Positions 59,890 through 64,000 of a DNA stretch of 64,000 bases are shown in pieces (the first letter of the stretch is position 1; each line of letters opens with the position of its first letter). A program made the position numbers and the translations under genes. Origin of the DNA: Syntrophorhabdaceae bacterium (GTDB lineage: Bacteria; Desulfobacterota; Syntrophorhabdia; Syntrophorhabdales; Syntrophorhabdaceae); assembly GCA_963666485.2 (NCBI GenBank), contig CAXXUO010000001.1, positions 1,216,001 through 1,280,000 on the forward strand, read 5' to 3'. A model generated the notes under the pieces. That model did no database searches, was not told the origin of the DNA, and saw only the letters and a program-made list of their open reading frames with translations.

Positions 59890-60128
59890 ACTTTGCAAAC
59901 ACCTTTCTCGTCTATTACGCCGATGCACGACCCGTCGCTGCACAGGACCCGCCGGGAGAAATCGTCATTGTCCTCTTCCCCGGCAGGCTCTGTATCGGAT
60001 ACCTCGGCAACGGCAAGCCCGGCACCGCACAGATAGCAATAGTGCCCCAACCGCAGCACTTCCTCTTTGCATTGCGGGCAGGCGACCGATCCGATCTCTT
60101 TTGAGCACGCCTCGCACAGCGTCGTCAT
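59856..60128 (-). CDS. Small zinc-ribbon protein
   Basis: CEAC, CPQC, CYLC, CSDGSC and CKVC motifs. Confidence 0.75.
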   Translation of the reverse strand: MTTLCEACSKEIGSVACPQCKEEVLRLGHYCYLCGAGLAVAEVSDTEPAGEEDNDDFSRRVLCSDGSCIGVIDEKGVCKVCGKPYVPDSD

Positions 60129-60442
60129 TTGTCCGCCTTGATCACTTTGGTCACTATCCCCTGCTCGAATTCCAGGTAGACCGTGCCTTTGTTGTCAGGC
60201 ATGAGCTTCCAGGCCGGACGGTATGTCCAGAGGATCTTGTTGTCGGGCATCAGGCTGACGACTGATGGTTCGCCCAGCTTCTTGCGGACCTGGTCCTCGT
60301 TCATGGATATAAGGGAATTTTCCACCACCGGCTGGGGTTTTCCGGTCATGTTCTTGATGGATGAACACGAGATCAGGATAAAACAGGACAGAAGTATTAC
60401 GCAGATTCCTGAAAATGAAGGACTTTTAAAACTTTTCCACAT
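60125..60442 (-). CDS. Small lipoprotein (SmpA/BamE-like); start uncertain
   Basis: Lipobox LISC; M.E.QV...LG.P and W.Y patterns. Confidence 0.65.
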   Translation of the reverse strand: MWKSFKSPSFSGICVILLSCFILISCSSIKNMTGKPQPVVENSLISMNEDQVRKKLGEPSVVSLMPDNKILWTYRPAWKLMPDNKGTVYLEFEQGIVTKVIKADK

Positions 60443-60498
60443 TTTTTGTGGAAAACCTGTTGACAAATTGTATAAAGACTCTTGTAACTTGTTGATAT
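60433..60498. promoter_or_regulatory. DnaA-box cluster with IHF consensus site
   Basis: TTTTCCACA (60433), TGTGGAAAA (60447), TGTTGACAA (60458); reverse complement of 60485-60497 is TATCAACAAGTTA, matching WATCAANNNNTTR. Confidence 0.6.
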
Positions 60499-60629
60499 TA
60501 CGCATGAATTCCCCCCGCTGTCTACGGAACGTGCACTTAAATTCTTTCAATATTTTCAAAGGTTTCCATTTCTATGTACAATCTCATGTTCCTGGGTTCG
60601 CGATACCTTATCACGGATACTTCAAATTA

Positions 60630-61613
60630 TCAACGGTTGCCCGACGGGGGCTGCGAGGGCCTCTTTGAGGCTTTTTTCAGTCTCTCCATGACGGCGCGGC
60701 CGATGCCTTTTTCCGGTACTTTTTCGGCATAGATCACATTGATATCATTCGAATCGAGTTCGATGAGGAACGAGAAGAAATTGGACGCGGCCTCCCTGAG
60801 ATCGCCGGTCCGTGACAGGACCCTCACGTGTTTGACCGGCAGTGCACGGTCGGGTTCGGTGAATGCCAGGTATGAAGAATTCTGGTCCCTGATATCGTGA
60901 GGGCCATTCACGAGGCGCAGGGGTTTCAGGGGAGAATAATGATAGGGCAGTTCGCCGGGGGCTTCACATGCGGCTGATTGCCTTTCCTGTTCGATGACCC
61001 GGACATGCTCCGAGAGCTCTTCAACCGTGACGGCGCCGTGGCGGTGAACGACTACCCCGTCGTCGTGGAACGACACGATCGTCGATTCGATCCCGTGCCG
61101 CGCATTGCCGCCGTCGAGAACGAGCGGTACGTGTTCGGCGAATGATCGCGCGACATGGTGGACGCGTGTTGGGCTCATGTACCCGAACTGGTTCGCACTC
61201 GGTGCCGCGACAGGTTTCTTGAGCGCCGCGATGAGATCGTGCGCTACCGGGTGGGATGGGACCCTGATCCCCACGGTGGGCAGCCCCGCCGTTACGATGT
61301 CGGGAATGACAGGCCGTTTCCGGAAGATCATCGTGAGCGGACCGGGCCAGAAGGCCGCCATGAGCCTTTCGGCTTCGGGAGGTATTTTCTCGACATAGCG
61401 GTCGAGCCCCTCGGCCCCGGCAAGATGGACAATGAGCGGGTCGAAGTGGGGCCGGCGTTTCACCTCGAATATTTTTGCAACGGCCATCGGATCGAATGCC
61501 ACTGCACCCAGTCCATATACGGTTTCGGTGGGAAAGGCCACGATCTCGCCCCTCTCAAGAAGCGAGACGGCTTCGGCGATGGACGCCTTATCTCTTCCGT
61601 CGAGGATCTTCAT
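60630..61613 (-). CDS. sua5: L-threonylcarbamoyladenylate synthase (Sua5/TsaC2)
   Basis: PTETVYGL, K.RP..DPLIVH, APSAN, GIESTI and APG...HY motifs. Confidence 0.94.
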   Translation of the reverse strand: MKILDGRDKASIAEAVSLLERGEIVAFPTETVYGLGAVAFDPMAVAKIFEVKRRPHFDPLIVHLAGAEGLDRYVEKIPPEAERLMAAFWPGPLTMIFRKRPVIPDIVTAGLPTVGIRVPSHPVAHDLIAALKKPVAAPSANQFGYMSPTRVHHVARSFAEHVPLVLDGGNARHGIESTIVSFHDDGVVVHRHGAVTVEELSEHVRVIEQERQSAACEAPGELPYHYSPLKPLRLVNGPHDIRDQNSSYLAFTEPDRALPVKHVRVLSRTGDLREAASNFFSFLIELDSNDINVIYAEKVPEKGIGRAVMERLKKASKRPSQPPSGNR

Positions 61614-61678
61614 TTCTTCCCTGCGTGAGCGTTGCATCGTGGGGCGATTGCTGCGGTCATAACTGCGTCAGGCGGGTG

Positions 61679-61879
61679 CTACTTAGGTTCGATGGGTTTC
61701 TTCGGTTTTTCGTTCTGGTCAGACGTGACGTCAATAGAATCGGGTTCATTTATGGATTTTTTGAAGCCCTTTATGCCTTTCCCTATTGCCCCGCCTATCT
61801 CCGATATTCTGCCCGCTCCGAAAATGAGCACAACAATGATGAGTATTATAATAAGTTCCGGCATTCCTAGTCCGAACAT
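61679..61879 (-). CDS. tatA: Twin-arginine translocase TatA/TatE
   Basis: [13 protein letters not shown]...FGAG...GKGIKGFKK pattern. Confidence 0.95.
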   Translation of the reverse strand: MFGLGMPELIIILIIVVLIFGAGRISEIGGAIGKGIKGFKKSINEPDSIDVTSDQNEKPKKPIEPK

Positions 61880-61994
61880 ATGTCCTCCTTGCTTAAGCTA
61901 CTCAAATTATAATAGGAAACCTGATGAATGTATAGAGTTTTGTCTTTTTTCTGCTGGATATCCGGCCCCTTTTCTGATAGTATTCATGCTTGGC

Positions 61995-62067
61995 GGTCCC
62001 ATCGTCTAGCGGCCCAGGACGTCGGCCTCTCACGCCGAAAACACGAGTTCGATTCTCGTTGGGACCA
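61995..62067 (+). tRNA. tRNA-Glu (anticodon CUC); CCA not encoded
   Basis: Acceptor GGTCCCA/TGGGACC, anticodon arm TCGGC-CT-CTC-AC-GCCGA, T-loop GTTCGATT. Confidence 0.95.
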
Positions 62068-62081
62068 AAAATAAAAACCTC

Positions 62082-62190
62082 GTTCAAAGTTCAATGTTCA
62101 ATGTTCAACGCTAAAAAAAGCCGAATAAAAAATTGGGGGGGGTTCTGTTTCTGGTTTTTTCTTTGAACCTTGAACCTTGAACCTTGAACC
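62082..62190. repeat. Inverted pair of heptamer arrays (GTTCAAT vs TTGAACC) between the convergent tRNA and rdgB
   Basis: 62082-62108 and 62163-62190. Confidence 0.88.
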
Positions 62191-62192
62191 AT

Positions 62193-62777
62193 TTATAACG
62201 TTTCGACAAACGTCTTGAGCAGGGCCATGGCGCGGCCTCTGTGACTAAACCGGTTCTTTTCTTCCGTGCTTATCTCTGCGAGGTATTTTCCGAGTTCGGG
62301 GGAATAAAAAACGGGATCGTAGCCGAAGCCGTGGGAGCCGTGTTTTTCGAGACCGATGAGCCCTTTGAGTTCGCCGTAAAAGACATAGCACCGGTCCTTC
62401 CCGGGGAAGTAAAGGGCGACGTAGGCCTTGAACTTTGCCTGCCTTTTTTCCCGGGGAACGCCTTCGAGTTCCTTCAGGAGCCTCTCTATCCGTTCATCGT
62501 CATTCTTCCCGTACCGGGAGGAGTAGATGCCGGGCCTGCCGTTTAAGGCCGCTACTTCGAGGCCCGAATCGTCGGCGAGGGCGGGCATGCCGAAATGTTC
62601 GCCGACCTTGCGGGCCTTTTTCATGGCATTCTCGGCATAATAGGGACTGTCTTCAGCAACGTCCAGGGTATCCGGAAAATCGGCGAGGGAATATACCTGC
62701 CTGAAATGGCCGGCGAGAAGGGGTTTCAGCTCCGCAAATTTCCCCCTGTTCGTTGTCGCTATAATGAGGTCCTTCAT
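62193..62777 (-). CDS. rdgB: Non-canonical purine NTP pyrophosphatase (RdgB/HAM1)
   Basis: [27 protein letters not shown] and SHR motifs. Confidence 0.95.
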   Translation of the reverse strand: MKDLIIATTNRGKFAELKPLLAGHFRQVYSLADFPDTLDVAEDSPYYAENAMKKARKVGEHFGMPALADDSGLEVAALNGRPGIYSSRYGKNDDERIERLLKELEGVPREKRQAKFKAYVALYFPGKDRCYVFYGELKGLIGLEKHGSHGFGYDPVFYSPELGKYLAEISTEEKNRFSHRGRAMALLKTFVETL

Positions 62778-63502
62778 GCGGGGAAGAGGGGGCCGAGCGT
62801 CGCCTTCTGCTGCCGTGTTATCTCAAGAATGCCTTTTAACGCATACTGGTACATGACGTCGAACTGCTCCTTGGTGAACGGTTTGCGCTCCGCTGTGCCC
62901 TGGACCTCGATAAGTTGCCCCTTCCCGGTCATGATGAAGTTCATATCAACCTCTGCCTTCGAGTCCTCTTCGTAGGACAGATCGAGGGCGATCTGGCCAT
63001 TCACGATCCCGACGCTGATCGCGGCCACGCTGTCCCGCAGGGGTATCTTTTCGATGATGCCGCGCTTCTTCATGCCCCACAGGGCTTCGACAAGGGCCAC
63101 GTATCCGCCCGTAATGCTTGCCGTGCGTGTGCCCCCATCGGCCTGGATCACGTCGCAGTCGACCCAGATGGTCCTCTCTCCGATAACGTCGAGATTAACT
63201 ATTGCGCGCAGGGCCCTGCCTATCAGTCGCTGGATCTCGTGGGTCCGCCCGCCTATGCGTCCCGAGACGGATTCCCGCATGGACCGGTTGTGGGTCGCCC
63301 GGGGGAGCATAGAGTATTCGGCCGTGAGCCAGCCTTTCCCACTGTTTTTCAAGAATGGCGGAACTTTTTCTTCGACGCTCACGCCGCAGATGACCTTTGT
63401 GGCGCCCATTTCGACAAGGACCGAGCCTTCGGGGTACCGCAGAAAGCTCTTTTCAATCTTCAGTTGACGGATCTCGTCGCTCGGTCTTGCGTTCTCTCTC
63501 AT
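62774..63502 (-). CDS. rph: Ribonuclease PH
   Basis: [19 protein letters not shown] and [10 protein letters not shown] motifs. Confidence 0.97.
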   Translation of the reverse strand: MRENARPSDEIRQLKIEKSFLRYPEGSVLVEMGATKVICGVSVEEKVPPFLKNSGKGWLTAEYSMLPRATHNRSMRESVSGRIGGRTHEIQRLIGRALRAIVNLDVIGERTIWVDCDVIQADGGTRTASITGGYVALVEALWGMKKRGIIEKIPLRDSVAAISVGIVNGQIALDLSYEEDSKAEVDMNFIMTGKGQLIEVQGTAERKPFTKEQFDVMYQYALKGILEITRQQKATLGPLFPA

Positions 63503-64000
63503 CTTTACCCTCTTTCTTCGTAAAATTCACCATTCCATCATATAGTCTGTCAAAGGATTCCTCGGGCCTCTCCCGGGGCACATCGAGCCTGACAAAGACA
63601 GCCGGCAGGTCCATGCCCAGGAACATGAAAAGCGGCATGGCCTTTACCTTCCTCTGGAAACGAGCGGCTATCGATGAGCCGAGTTCCCGGGAAGCCAAAA
63701 CATGCGTGCCGGGCACTTCATCGGCGTTTAAAACATATCCTTTGGCCTTTTTTTCATCCGTAACGGCAACAAACGCATCGGAGCGGTCCGATTCGACGAT
63801 CTCGAGAACGAGCATGAAGCGCGCCTTTTCCTTGTTGATCCTGTTTGCCGTTTCGACCTGTTTTTCTATTGTTCTTTGCTGATCGTAGGCAGCGACGCTG
63901 AGACCTTTGCCTGAGAAATATTTTTTTGCGCTGGCCCACATGGTGTCATCGGTCCCGCCGGCGCGGACAAGGACGATGCGTTCAGCCGCGAAGGCGGGCA
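63453..64000 (-). CDS. Partial secreted protein, degenerate N-acetylmuramoyl-L-alanine amidase (Amidase_3)-like
   Basis: Frame stays open to the window edge (..[18 protein letters not shown]..); ANR, SRELG..I and [10 protein letters not shown] resemble the amidase fold. Confidence 0.5.
   Translation of the reverse strand, partial: PAFAAERIVLVRAGGTDDTMWASAKKYFSGKGLSVAAYDQQRTIEKQVETANRINKEKARFMLVLEIVESDRSDAFVAVTDEKKAKGYVLNADEVPGTHVLASRELGSSIAARFQRKVKAMPLFMFLGMDLPAVFVRLDVPRERPEESFDRLYDGMVNFTKKEGKDERERKTERRDPSTED

Noticed and set aside
61995..62190. tRNA-Glu as an integration site for an island
   Set aside because: No integrase and no duplicated tRNA 3' end; both flanks are housekeeping genes.

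Overview
GC-rich chromosomal window from an anaerobic bacterium. Gene order (ftsH-folP-cdaA-cdaR-pdxJ-acpS-nnr-tsaE-lysC-cimA; fab-rpiB-glyA-nrdR-rib-nusB) and the metabolic content suggest a deltaproteobacterium-type (Desulfobacterota/Syntrophorhabdus-like) organism; this is inference. Bases 1-25 kb are accessory and metabolic: a GltD-like flavoprotein fused to the start of an [FeFe]-hydrogenase domain, orphan HicB, PLD nuclease, PilZ protein, an FAD-oxidase plus extended-SDR pair, UvrD helicase, cardiolipin synthase, aldehyde:ferredoxin oxidoreductase, formiminotransferase, an RfaH/NusG paralog with hflX, and a MacAB-like exporter. Bases 25-64 kb are mostly minus-strand housekeeping operons plus tRNA-Glu(CUC). 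I saw no CRISPR array, prophage, rRNA or transposase gene. The most unusual features are (1) an acyl-CoA dehydrogenase in the fabH slot of the plsX-fabD-fabG-acpP-fabF operon; (2) a layered non-coding repeat landscape of dRS3/REP-like palindrome arrays whose arms co-vary across the linker, two nested MITEs with target-site duplications, and about 10 heptamer tandem arrays, often in inverted pairs; (3) a DARS-like cluster of DnaA boxes with an IHF site; (4) a stand-alone paralog of the CimA regulatory domain; (5) a MoaD-like protein without a terminal GG next to AOR; (6) several apparently leaderless genes. All protein calls come from motif recognition by eye; no database search was run.
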